Origin: a virus
Direction: 5' to 3' (one strand)
IMG/VR virus record: IMGVR_UViG_3300036790_000034
Span: 33,492-97,491 of that record
Length of the DNA: 64,000 nt
The notes under the pieces were generated by a model that saw only the letters and a program-made list of their open reading frames with translations, was not told the DNA's origin and made no database searches. Both the position numbers and the translations under genes were made by a program. Positions 56,362 to 64,000 of the stretch are shown one piece after another. The number at the start of each line of letters is the position of its first letter. Position 1 is the stretch's first letter.

Positions 56362-56805
56362 TTATGCCCACCCCGGCTTTTGCAGTTGTGGTTCATAGAC
56401 AATCTCGTCCGGTAACACCAGAGCAAAATGGTCCGCGTTGAATCGTGAGTGATTGCTGACAATGCCGCCATTCTTGCTGCGATACGCCGTCCTCACTTCG
56501 ATGCGAAGCAGCTTCCCGTCTTTCAAAATGGCGAGGTCGCATGAGCAAGCAGGACTGAGTGCTCGAAAGACCTCGTAGCCCTTCGCGAGTAGGTCCACCG
56601 AGACTCGTAATTCTGAGATGGCTCCAACCGTCCCGGTATTGATGCCGGGGTATGCCGACTGGCACCCGAGACTCTTGTTGTAGTGTGCCGTCTGGCATGG
56701 CACACTGTGGAACTTCTGATTCACGCGGCGAGTCTTGAAGGACACCCCGCATGGACAAATGACTTCTCTGAGTGGCTGGCGTTGACCGCCATAGGTATCT
56801 GGCAT
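56362..56805 (-). CDS. PD-(D/E)XK homing-type endonuclease
   Basis: G..SE..V..DL..KG..VF; DL; RIEVRT; N-terminal Zn module. Confidence 0.75.
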   Translation of the reverse strand: MPDTYGGQRQPLREVICPCGVSFKTRRVNQKFHSVPCQTAHYNKSLGCQSAYPGINTGTVGAISELRVSVDLLAKGYEVFRALSPACSCDLAILKDGKLLRIEVRTAYRSKNGGIVSNHSRFNADHFALVLPDEIVYEPQLQKPGWA

Positions 56806-57024
56806 ATAATCCTCCGTCTAAGGCCATAATAGCCGATTAACGGTCGATTGTCAATCAAATCCACCACCACCAGCACCACATTTTCCGTTCGTCCGTCTCC
56901 GATGTTTGTAGCTCGATTCTCGGGGATTCTACCTTGTAGACAAGTCCACAGATTCGACATCGAAAGCCGAACCCGTGGACCTCCAGCCTCAGTTGCCCAC
57001 AGCGTGAGCACACCATGACGCCTC

Positions 57025-57237
57025 CTATTGTGTGCATGGCTCGACGAACGAGCCGTTGAGGTAGAAGGCTTCGTGCAGTGAGCACATCGTGCCCGCGTTG
57101 ACATCCACGCGGGCATAGTCGTGTGCCACGGAGCCGTCGGCCTGTGGAGTGTCAATCCGCTGGACGACGTACGTGCGAGGATGATAGAACATCATCCCCG
57201 CAGCAATCAGCATGGCGACGAGCAGGAGCAATTTCAC
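57025..57237 (-). CDS. Small exported protein
   Basis: Hydrophobic N-terminus; GGAGG RBS before GTG. Confidence 0.45.
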   Translation of the reverse strand: MKLLLLVAMLIAAGMMFYHPRTYVVQRIDTPQADGSVAHDYARVDVNAGTMCSLHEAFYLNGSFVEPCTQ

Positions 57238-57701
57238 TTTCCCCTCCGGGTTTCGTGTCCTGTCTCGTCCTCGCCGCCGACCGTAGGCACGCGGCACTGA
57301 GTGCAGAGCAATTCGTTCTGGTTAATTTCGTCACCGCACGAACCGCAGATTGATGCGTGCTTCTTTTGCTCCGTAGCCTGCCATGACATTTTCTCCAGTG
57401 GGCTAGTTGCCCGTGACGATGTTACGCAAACGGTCTCGCTCTCCTCGATTTTACGCCGCACTTTGTCGGCAGAGATTTCGCTGTCTTTGCAGGCCAGCGT
57501 GCTTCCAGTCTGGGGAGAGTTGAAGTAAACGAGTCCTTCCATGTAACCGACCCACTGTCCGCCGCCTTCTGTGACTGCGAGACGTGCGAGTGATTCACTA
57601 GACTCGGGTGTTGGGGGAACGCTCGTCTGACGCATCCACTTGCCTGTGAATGCGACAACCAGAGCGTAGAGAATCGAACCGACGATGTAGAATGCTTTCA
57701 C
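57234..57701 (-). CDS. Membrane-anchored protein with a C-terminal Zn ribbon
   Basis: N-terminal TM; CGSCG...CTQC. Confidence 0.5.
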   Translation of the reverse strand: MKAFYIVGSILYALVVAFTGKWMRQTSVPPTPESSESLARLAVTEGGGQWVGYMEGLVYFNSPQTGSTLACKDSEISADKVRRKIEESETVCVTSSRATSPLEKMSWQATEQKKHASICGSCGDEINQNELLCTQCRVPTVGGEDETGHETRRGK

Positions 57702-57843
57702 AGTGATGCTCCTCTCGCTTTGCGGTTGGGCCGCTTCGGTGGAAATGCTAACACAACGTAGACCGAGAATCCAGAGATGGTGTCTTCGCGAAGAAAAGTT
57801 TTGAAGCCTGCTGGCTTACTGGCGTGATTCCGATGACGCAAGA

Positions 57844-58041
57844 CTACCTCGTGATGCAGGTAGTCTTGGTCGGAAGTTCGTGGTACTCCGGCTTCTGCTT
57901 CATGGCTGTCACGTCGCCGCCTAGAGCCTTCGAGACCGCCTCTTGAATCGCATGGCATCCTTTGCCGTGGAATCCTTTGAGGTCCAGTTCAACGTCGCCA
58001 GTCTCAGGGTCGATTGTTACGATTGCAATTTCGCCTGCCAT
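57844..58041 (-). CDS. DUF2997-like protein
   Basis: I.I...G.V.....GF.G..C......LG.......KPEY. Confidence 0.75.
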   Translation of the reverse strand: MAGEIAIVTIDPETGDVELDLKGFHGKGCHAIQEAVSKALGGDVTAMKQKPEYHELPTKTTCITR

Positions 58042-58060
58042 GTTGCCCTGCTTTCTGCGA

Positions 58061-58501
58061 CTAGAACGTCGCGGTCATCTTCATGTACTTGATTTGAATC
58101 TTGCCGTTGACCATCTCTTTGCCGAGATACTTGAACCCGTTCTTCGCGAGTTCTTTCTTGACTCGCTTGTCCGAGTAAGATGTCTTCAGGCCAGCCAGCC
58201 ACTTCGTGTTGTGCTTGCCGCTGTCGTACTGCGAGATGATAGCGTCATAGCACTTCGTGACGGGGTCCAGTTTGAAGCCGAGGTCGTTGGCTACTCCACC
58301 GACGTGATTGCGACGGACGATGATGTTCGCCTTGTCACCAGTCTTGTCGAGGTAATGGGTTGGACGCCCGTGCCAGTCGTAAAGCTGCTGGGGCACTTCG
58401 TGATACTCGATGTGCTCACGCTTGTAGCCCATCTCGACAAGGGCGTCGATGAGAACTTCCCGGTCCTTACATTTTGTGGTCGTCTTTCGATATTCGCTCA
58501 A
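58061..58501 (-). CDS. DUF1257 / Ycf35-like protein
   Basis: T..KD...L..AL..MG; A.I.VR.......NDLGF......Y.AI...YD; Y.......A..NGF. Confidence 0.75.
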   Translation of the reverse strand: MSEYRKTTTKCKDREVLIDALVEMGYKREHIEYHEVPQQLYDWHGRPTHYLDKTGDKANIIVRRNHVGGVANDLGFKLDPVTKCYDAIISQYDSGKHNTKWLAGLKTSYSDKRVKKELAKNGFKYLGKEMVNGKIQIKYMKMTATF

Positions 58502-58878
58502 GGCTTTGTCCTCCGATTCAGAATTTTATCCCAGCGTTGTAGATACCGCAAGGCTTTCTTTACCAGTCTTGGCGAATCCTCGAACCCGCCGAGGCTGGTA
58601 TTACATCTCGGACACAGCACCCCACGTCGGCACCGTATGCAGCCATTTCGTGGAACGTGCGTACAAAATCGTTTAGCGGTCTCGTGACTGTGGTCGAGGT
58701 TAAACTTAGTCAGTCGCCGTTCGCAAATTTCACAACGTTTGGCGATGTCACGTAACTGTTTTCTCCGTTGTCTACGACGGGCGTTGTTGTGCTCACGAAG
58801 GCGTTTCTTGTCCGCCGCGTATCGCCGCTTTCCGTATGCCCTCATCCGTGCTAAATTTTGTTCGCGTGTTAGCGGCAT
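58498..58878 (-). CDS. Endonuclease VII-family homing endonuclease
   Basis: CEIC; LDHSH; GC.RC.RGVLC.RCN..LG.FED. Confidence 0.85.
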   Translation of the reverse strand: MPLTREQNLARMRAYGKRRYAADKKRLREHNNARRRQRRKQLRDIAKRCEICERRLTKFNLDHSHETAKRFCTHVPRNGCIRCRRGVLCPRCNTSLGGFEDSPRLVKKALRYLQRWDKILNRRTKP

Positions 58879-58882
58879 TCTT

Positions 58883-59245
58883 TCACCCCTTCAGAAACCA
58901 TTCATTCAGGAATGCGACTTCGGCTTCGATAGCCTCTTGTCGATTCTTAAATCGCTGGAGTAGTATCACGCCAGCCGTTGGCCGGGTATCGACCAACCAC
59001 TCAGTCTGCCACTGCCTCGTCCAATCCGCGACACGTCCTCGCTCACCAAAGAATGTACGAAGTAAACGAAACACTTGGCGATACCCCCAATTCGTGGGGA
59101 GTACATGAGATGCACGGGCGGTCACAACTTCTCCAAGTTCCGCAAAAATATCGTGTTCGGAAGTTTTGAGGTATACTAAATTCCCCTCTTCGTCGATGGT
59201 GACCGTCAGCACTTGCTGCTCTGGCTTTGCGAATAGCTTGTCCAT
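58883..59245 (-). CDS. Conserved unknown protein of AAA/DUF1257/DUF2997 clusters (RASHV.P family)
   Basis: LG.V...RASHVLP ... W.VD..P..G.....F..R.EA..AE..FL. Confidence 0.6.
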   Translation of the reverse strand: MDKLFAKPEQQVLTVTIDEEGNLVYLKTSEHDIFAELGEVVTARASHVLPTNWGYRQVFRLLRTFFGERGRVADWTRQWQTEWLVDTRPTAGVILLQRFKNRQEAIEAEVAFLNEWFLKG

Positions 59246-59284
59246 AAGTCCTCTCTGAGAATACAGCCGGGGGAGGGCTGTTGT

Positions 59285-60202
59285 CTAGCGGAACTTGCGT
59301 CCCGTCTCTTGAACCAGAACCGCAGCCGTCTGTTTGATGACTGCGACCTTGTCTGCAACGTACTTCTTGAGGTTCTGTGACTCGCGAATCTTGTCCATCG
59401 TCACGCCCTTCAGGATGCTACGGAGTGGGGAGACGACTTTCTCCTGATACTCAGCATCACCCGCGAGGTCGCGATTCGTGAACGTGTCCAGATACTCGGT
59501 GAGGTTCGTGATTGTGGTGTCGAAAAGTTTCTTCGACTTGCCAGTGACAGGGTCAGGCGTCAACGCGTTGACCAGAGCATCGACCGCCGTCATGCCCATC
59601 ACTCGCATCGTGTCACGCCATTCAAGAACTGCCTCGTGGCGAATCGCGAGTTCCTTCTCCAGTTCCATCGCGACGATGAAGTCCGGCAGACCTTCGAGGT
59701 TGATGGCACCGACCGGACGGATGTTGAACGTGAACGAGAAGCCAGCTTCGACTTCATCTGACTTCGGATAATCACCACGGTCAAACTTATCACCGAGTGC
59801 TTCAGCGATTGGCTTGAAGTCTACCGCTTCGAGTGCTCGGTAGGTCGCCATGAACTTCGCGACCAGAGACGGACGACGAATCTCTTGATACGCACGCAGC
59901 GACTTGTATATCGCCGCGAGTTCCGTCTTCTGGATGAAGCGAGTCGCTTTGCTGTAACGTGACGACTTGCTGTCGATGTGACGCGTCATGTAGCCGTCTT
60001 GACTGCGAATCTCATCGAGTTCAGGAGAGTCAATCAACTGCTTCTGGTGACGCAGGAGAGTTTTATCTGCTGTCGTGACCACTTCGAGGTTGCGAATCTG
60101 ACGCATCCTGCCTATCCCCATCGTGGTGTGCGTTGTGATGAAAACACAAGCCTCAGTTTTCTTGAGGCTCACAGAGGCTAACGCGGGTGCGGGTGCTGAC
60201 AT
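59285..60202 (-). CDS. DUF3150-like protein
   Basis: K.L.D..EL..I; LGD.F...DYP..DEV...F.F; C-terminal GRKFR. Confidence 0.65.
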   Translation of the reverse strand: MSAPAPALASVSLKKTEACVFITTHTTMGIGRMRQIRNLEVVTTADKTLLRHQKQLIDSPELDEIRSQDGYMTRHIDSKSSRYSKATRFIQKTELAAIYKSLRAYQEIRRPSLVAKFMATYRALEAVDFKPIAEALGDKFDRGDYPKSDEVEAGFSFTFNIRPVGAINLEGLPDFIVAMELEKELAIRHEAVLEWRDTMRVMGMTAVDALVNALTPDPVTGKSKKLFDTTITNLTEYLDTFTNRDLAGDAEYQEKVVSPLRSILKGVTMDKIRESQNLKKYVADKVAVIKQTAAVLVQETGRKFR

Positions 60203-60518
60203 TGGATTCTCCTAGCCACTTTGCAGCGGCGGTTATGAGTTTGAGACTATCCTCGAACTTACCAAGCCCGAGGTTGCAACTGTGGCAGAGCAAACCACGA
60301 AACTCTTTCGTGTCATGATTGTGGTCTGCACAAGGTCGCAAGGTTTCGCTGAACTCCCGCTCACAGATGCCACAGCGATTATGTTGCTTCGCGATGGCAC
60401 CCGTGAATTGTTCAGGAGTGCAGCGTCCGTTCCTTTGTCGATAGTAGAGACTCAACCGTTCGTGGTTGCGTGCCTTATACCGACGATTCTTAGCAAGGAT
60501 GTTTGGGGGAGTTTTCAT
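60153..60518 (-). CDS. Endonuclease VII-family homing endonuclease
   Basis: QHNRCGIC; DHNH.T..FRGLLCHSCNLGLG.FED. Confidence 0.85.
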   Translation of the reverse strand: MKTPPNILAKNRRYKARNHERLSLYYRQRNGRCTPEQFTGAIAKQHNRCGICEREFSETLRPCADHNHDTKEFRGLLCHSCNLGLGKFEDSLKLITAAAKWLGESNVSTRTRVSLCEPQEN

Positions 60519-60527
60519 GAGCACATC

Positions 60528-62102
60528 CTACCTGAACTTTCTACCATCCTCACTTGGGACAATGGATGGCTCGTACTTCGTAACCGGGGGCGAGTATTTG
60601 TAGACTCCCGGCTTGCTGGCCGACAGGAAGCGGCCAGTCGCATAGTTGCGGAGGTTGTCCATCTGCTCACGGTGAGATGAGAGCAGCGGAACGACGTGCT
60701 GTCCGGCTTCGGTGAGGTCCATCCCCATTGCCTCAGCCTTGAATGCACAGTTGTTCACGTCGCGACCAGTCCAGTCGTCCATCTTCGGAAGCGGCTGTTT
60801 CGGGTCCAGTTTATACTTGGCAATCTTCAACTTCATGATGCCCTGTTTCTCAGCCTCATCGGGCACGTCGAAGAAGTAGATGCCGCCGACTTGGAACCGC
60901 GAGATTAGCTCAGGTGGCAGACCGTCGAGCGAGTTCGCGGATGCAATCAACCAGATGCGAGGATTGCTGACGCCCTCGACACCGCCGCTGATTGCGTTGA
61001 GCACCTTGTGAGCGGTGCGTTGATGACGTGACGACTTGCCAACGTGCTCGTGTTCCATCGCGGGCAGCGAGTATTCGATGACAGGTGTCTCGAACTCACC
61101 GCCGATGCAGAACACTGACCATGACTTCGACGAACCCGGAACGCCGAGGAGCAGCGTGCAGACCACGTCGTTGTCGTTGACCCACGTCAACCATTCACCA
61201 AGCAGGTTGCCCTTGGTGCCGGATGAGTCTGTGCCGTTGCCTGAGAACTGACGTTGAATCTCATCCATGCGGACGATGACGTTGGGCCGATACTTGCCCG
61301 CGAAGAACTTGTTCGCCAGCGTGCGGATGACATCGCAGCCGTACATGTCCTTCAACGTTTCGCCTTTGTTGATGTGATACGTCAGCCCCGGATTGGCAGA
61401 GACGATTGTCTTTTTGCGTGACCAGAGGGACGCGAAGTCCATCTTGCCAGTCTTCATGTCGAGCGACTGAGAGAAAGCCTGCTCTGCCGGGAATGCCGGG
61501 AGGCCGATGGTAGCGGCCACGCATTTCTCAATCACTTCAGCCGTCGCTGCATTCTTGCACGCGGGATACTTCTGTGCCGCGTACGCGAATGTGTCAGTGA
61601 CAATCTTCGCGAGTTCTTCGCGAGTGGGCAGTGGCTCCTCAAGCACCAGCATGTCCTGCTGAAGTTCGCCGGGGAGTTCATCGCCCATGCCTACAAGGTT
61701 GACCAGCATGTTGCCGCGTGCCTTGTAGAGATTGCGACAGTTCCATTCGGCCTGAATGACTCGCTGGTCTTTCTCCCAGACCAACTGCGGATTGTGAATG
61801 AATGCGATGACATCCTCTTTCGCTTTCTCAAGAGTCGTCAACGCCAGCGTGAGGTCCACAGTCGCGGCCAACTCGCCGCCGACTTCAGATGCCATCTCGT
61901 TCAGTGCCTCGCCGCCAATCTTGTTGAGGCCGACCAACCCGTGTATGCTATCCCACGACACAAGCGGAGTTAAGGCAGCTAACTCTTTGCCCAACGATTT
62001 TGTGATGCTTTGAATAGTACTTGATGGGTCAAAGGTTCGCACGGTTACTAAGGGCGTTGATATCGCTCGTGCCGAAGAGAACATATCAATGAAGGACTTC
62101 AT
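60528..62102 (-). CDS. Ycf46-like AAA+ ATPase with swapped Walker B / Walker A segments
   Basis: Inactive-looking N-domain (WD...GL; LP.EL...LP.REEL). Then VIVRMDE..DSSGT..WLTW, then LLLGVPGSSKS, then ASAN..LPPEL..RF, FFDVP. Confidence 0.8.
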   Translation of the reverse strand: MKSFIDMFSSARAISTPLVTVRTFDPSSTIQSITKSLGKELAALTPLVSWDSIHGLVGLNKIGGEALNEMASEVGGELAATVDLTLALTTLEKAKEDVIAFIHNPQLVWEKDQRVIQAEWNCRNLYKARGNMLVNLVGMGDELPGELQQDMLVLEEPLPTREELAKIVTDTFAYAAQKYPACKNAATAEVIEKCVAATIGLPAFPAEQAFSQSLDMKTGKMDFASLWSRKKTIVSANPGLTYHINKGETLKDMYGCDVIRTLANKFFAGKYRPNVIVRMDEIQRQFSGNGTDSSGTKGNLLGEWLTWVNDNDVVCTLLLGVPGSSKSWSVFCIGGEFETPVIEYSLPAMEHEHVGKSSRHQRTAHKVLNAISGGVEGVSNPRIWLIASANSLDGLPPELISRFQVGGIYFFDVPDEAEKQGIMKLKIAKYKLDPKQPLPKMDDWTGRDVNNCAFKAEAMGMDLTEAGQHVVPLLSSHREQMDNLRNYATGRFLSASKPGVYKYSPPVTKYEPSIVPSEDGRKFR

Positions 62103-62545
62103 GATTTAGCTCCTGATTGGAATTTGTAAACTTTCGCAATGTGTTCAAGATATTGGTCTTGGCTCAGAGTTCGTTTAGCGAGGTTATCGACGTTGCAACA
62201 AGGCAAACAGTTTTCTATCTGATACCCAATTGCATTGTCTGCTCTGTCGATACCTAGCGATGGTGTCTGTCCGCAATAAATGCAAGGGCTGTTCATCATC
62301 GCCACGAAAATATCATATGGCAACTCGAACACAAGGCCACGTTTGACAGCGGAATTACGGTACGAGCGGTAGACGCCCTCGGGTTTGCATCGAGGACAAT
62401 AAGAACGTTGGCGAAGGTGTGAACAGACGCCATTGCCCTTACAATCAACACATTGATATTTATGTCTACCGTGAGGACATGTCGAGGCACCACCACATTC
62501 GGCACAACGACATAATCTATGACCGTGCTTGCATTTTGTTTTCAT
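62099..62545 (-). CDS. HNH-type homing endonuclease with C.HG repeats
   Basis: CKHG/CPHG repeats; CIYCG; GIDR.DN..GY...NCLPCC..DN.AK. Confidence 0.85.
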   Translation of the reverse strand: MKTKCKHGHRLCRCAECGGASTCPHGRHKYQCVDCKGNGVCSHLRQRSYCPRCKPEGVYRSYRNSAVKRGLVFELPYDIFVAMMNSPCIYCGQTPSLGIDRADNAIGYQIENCLPCCNVDNLAKRTLSQDQYLEHIAKVYKFQSGAKS

Positions 62546-62552
62546 AAAACAC

Positions 62553-62681
62553 TTACCAGCATTTGACTACGAAATGAGTAACGACTACTGCGGTCGTCCC
62601 AATCAATATGGGCCAGAGCAACAGTCGTACGATGAACAGGGGCAACAGAATCAAACCACCTAAAAGGTTAAAAATTTTCAC
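62553..62681 (-). CDS. 42-aa membrane peptide (not in the ORF track)
   Basis: AGGAGG RBS, GTG start, almost fully hydrophobic. Confidence 0.5.
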   Translation of the reverse strand: MKIFNLLGGLILLPLFIVRLLLWPILIGTTAVVVTHFVVKCW

Positions 62682-62690
62682 GACTGCCTC

Positions 62691-62927
62691 CTATAAAGAT
62701 GCGATGTGGTTGGGTTCAGTAATTTCGCGGCTGCGTTGTTCCGCAGCATCACGGTTAATTAAACCACAACTTAGCTTGTGACCAGAGCGGCAGTCACAGT
62801 GTGGGCATTCGATGCCTTCGTTCTGCAAGGCAAGAACACGCGTGTACTCATCGACGCCGCCGTTCAGCTTCGACTTGAGTTCGTTGACGCGTGCAAAATT
62901 TCCACCGCCTTCAAAGTATCGCGACAT
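62691..62927 (-). CDS. Small Zn-binding protein
   Basis: CPHC....GH...C; AGGAG RBS. Confidence 0.55.
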   Translation of the reverse strand: MSRYFEGGGNFARVNELKSKLNGGVDEYTRVLALQNEGIECPHCDCRSGHKLSCGLINRDAAEQRSREITEPNHIASL

Positions 62928-62939
62928 TGTGTGCTCCTA

Positions 62940-63322
62940 TGGATTGAACTTACTCGCTCAGGTCACGCTTCTCATTGCTCGTCTGACACGGTCGTCTGCA
63001 CGTATCGTGTGCCATCGAAGGCAGTCAGCTTTCTAGGTTCGTGACCTGAACACGTTTTTCAATCTTGAACCGCCGATTTTAGGTATCGGGTCAACCTGCG
63101 ATTAGCCCTGCAAGTGGGCTTGCGTCTCGTGCCCTTCGCTCTTACCGTGCCGTACGCTTGTGGCGTTTCTCGCGGTTAGCATCCTCATGTGCGGCTGCTG
63201 TCCTACATCGCTGAGGCATTGGTACGGCATCTCAGCAGAGCCTAGATTAGTGCTTTACGCTGGCACAGTCCCGACGAAGGCGACTGTATCGACTATATTG
63301 TGCCAGCCCCGGTTAACCACCC
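62940..63322 (-). ncRNA. Candidate structured leader / ncRNA
   Basis: Several nested inverted repeats between a promoter and the first RBS. Confidence 0.45.
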
Positions 63323-63328
63323 ACCGGA

Positions 63329-63356
63329 AGTATGTTGCGACTGGCTAGATTGTCAA
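63329..63356 (-). promoter_or_regulatory. Sigma70-like early promoter
   Basis: Reverse complement TTGACA-16 nt-CATACT. Confidence 0.6.
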
Positions 63357-63380
63357 TGAACCAACTGAACTACAAATATC

Positions 63381-63791
63381 TTAACACAAGAGGAGAACAG
63401 CACAAGGCACTAAAGTGCTATACGAGACGATTTTAGTAACCAGCGTAAACCATAGATTCCAAAGGCGTTGTCGCTCGAAATGAAACAGGTGGACGTGTCT
63501 ATACCGTATGCACAAAGCCGCTCGATACTCATTTAGCGTCAATGCGGCCTTGTCTTGGTTGCACCGATAACAGACGAGATGGAACGCGGGCAAGTCTTTG
63601 CTTGAATGGTCACGCATGAAGTCACGGCTAACAGGAATGACGTGGTCAATTGTCGCTGCCTGATAGGAGCACTGTGAACGCTTTCGCCACATCCTGTGGC
63701 CGCAATACGCACACAGTCTCCCATCCGCCGCGTTGAGCAGCAACTTGCGTGACCAATAAACGCCGTCAACCCATCCGCCAAAGTAGCTCAT
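63381..63791 (-). CDS. HNH endonuclease
   Basis: CAYCG; TIDHVIP.SR; VC..CN..K. ATGA overlap at 63788-63791. Confidence 0.8.
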   Translation of the reverse strand: MSYFGGWVDGVYWSRKLLLNAADGRLCAYCGHRMWRKRSQCSYQAATIDHVIPVSRDFMRDHSSKDLPAFHLVCYRCNQDKAALTLNEYRAALCIRYRHVHLFHFERQRLWNLWFTLVTKIVSYSTLVPCAVLLLC

Positions 63792-64000
63792 CCGAGCACT
63801 CGTTTCTTGATACTCACGTATGGCAGGAGGAGAATCCACTGACGTTGGATGGCCTCACGCGTGACATGAATCGCACGATTGCGAACGAAGCGGAGTTTCT
63901 CAGCCGTCATCGGCTTCGTGACATCAGCGAATTGGTTGACACCTGATGCGGCCTTCCGCTTGAGCGTCATCAGATGTGGCTGTTTGTCTTTGCCAGTGAC
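63788..64000 (-). CDS. Small basic protein (copy 2 of the duplicated gene; 5'-truncated by the window)
   Basis: Same protein as 46868-47101 apart from three of the last nine residues. Confidence 0.65.
   Translation of the reverse strand, partial: VTGKDKQPHLMTLKRKAASGVNQFADVTKPMTAEKLRFVRNRAIHVTREAIQRQWILLLPYVSIKKRVLG
63822..64000. repeat. 179-bp exact direct repeat, copy 2 (may extend beyond the window)
   Basis: Identical to 46902-47080. Confidence 0.95.

Noticed and set aside
46868-64000. Diversity-generating retroelement (TR/VR pair) suggested by the near-identical repeat
   Set aside because: The differences are not adenine-specific and are mostly synonymous, and there is no reverse transcriptase in the window.
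1-64000. CRISPR array or stop-codon recoding
   Set aside because: No regularly spaced repeats were seen; genes read normally in the standard code with all three stops in use; no suppressor tRNA.

Overview
The window is part of a dsDNA tailed-phage genome, probably podovirus-like (inferred from the adaptor / nozzle / ejection-protein gene order); the host cannot be determined from sequence alone. The plus strand (1-29290) carries tail and ejection genes, a lysis cassette, nucleotide-pool enzymes and a tRNA/ncRNA cluster. The minus strand (29355-64000) carries early and replication-type genes: RecA, an SF2 helicase, two RNA ligases, an ATP-dependent DNA ligase, GroES, a ClpB-D2-like ATPase, a FimB-like recombinase, a kinase and a lysozyme. 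The two arms converge on a long bidirectional terminator. About 21 free-standing HNH / EndoVII / PD-(D/E)XK endonuclease genes are interspersed. The most interesting signals are: (1) a five-gene Ycf46-type AAA + DUF3150-like + conserved unknown + DUF1257-like + DUF2997-like operon, whose ATPase has the Walker B segment placed before Walker A; (2) a C-terminal GR[K/R]FR motif, encoded by different codons, shared by four unrelated early proteins including two members of that operon; (3) a Hint (intein-like) domain on an ejection protein, near a 1596-aa polyvalent protein; (4) a ~360-nt structured RNA inside the tRNA cluster and a ~390-nt structured early leader; (5) a 179-bp exact direct repeat 16.9 kb apart, whose 3' ends are recoded next to two different endonucleases. 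All family names are motif recognitions by eye, not database results.
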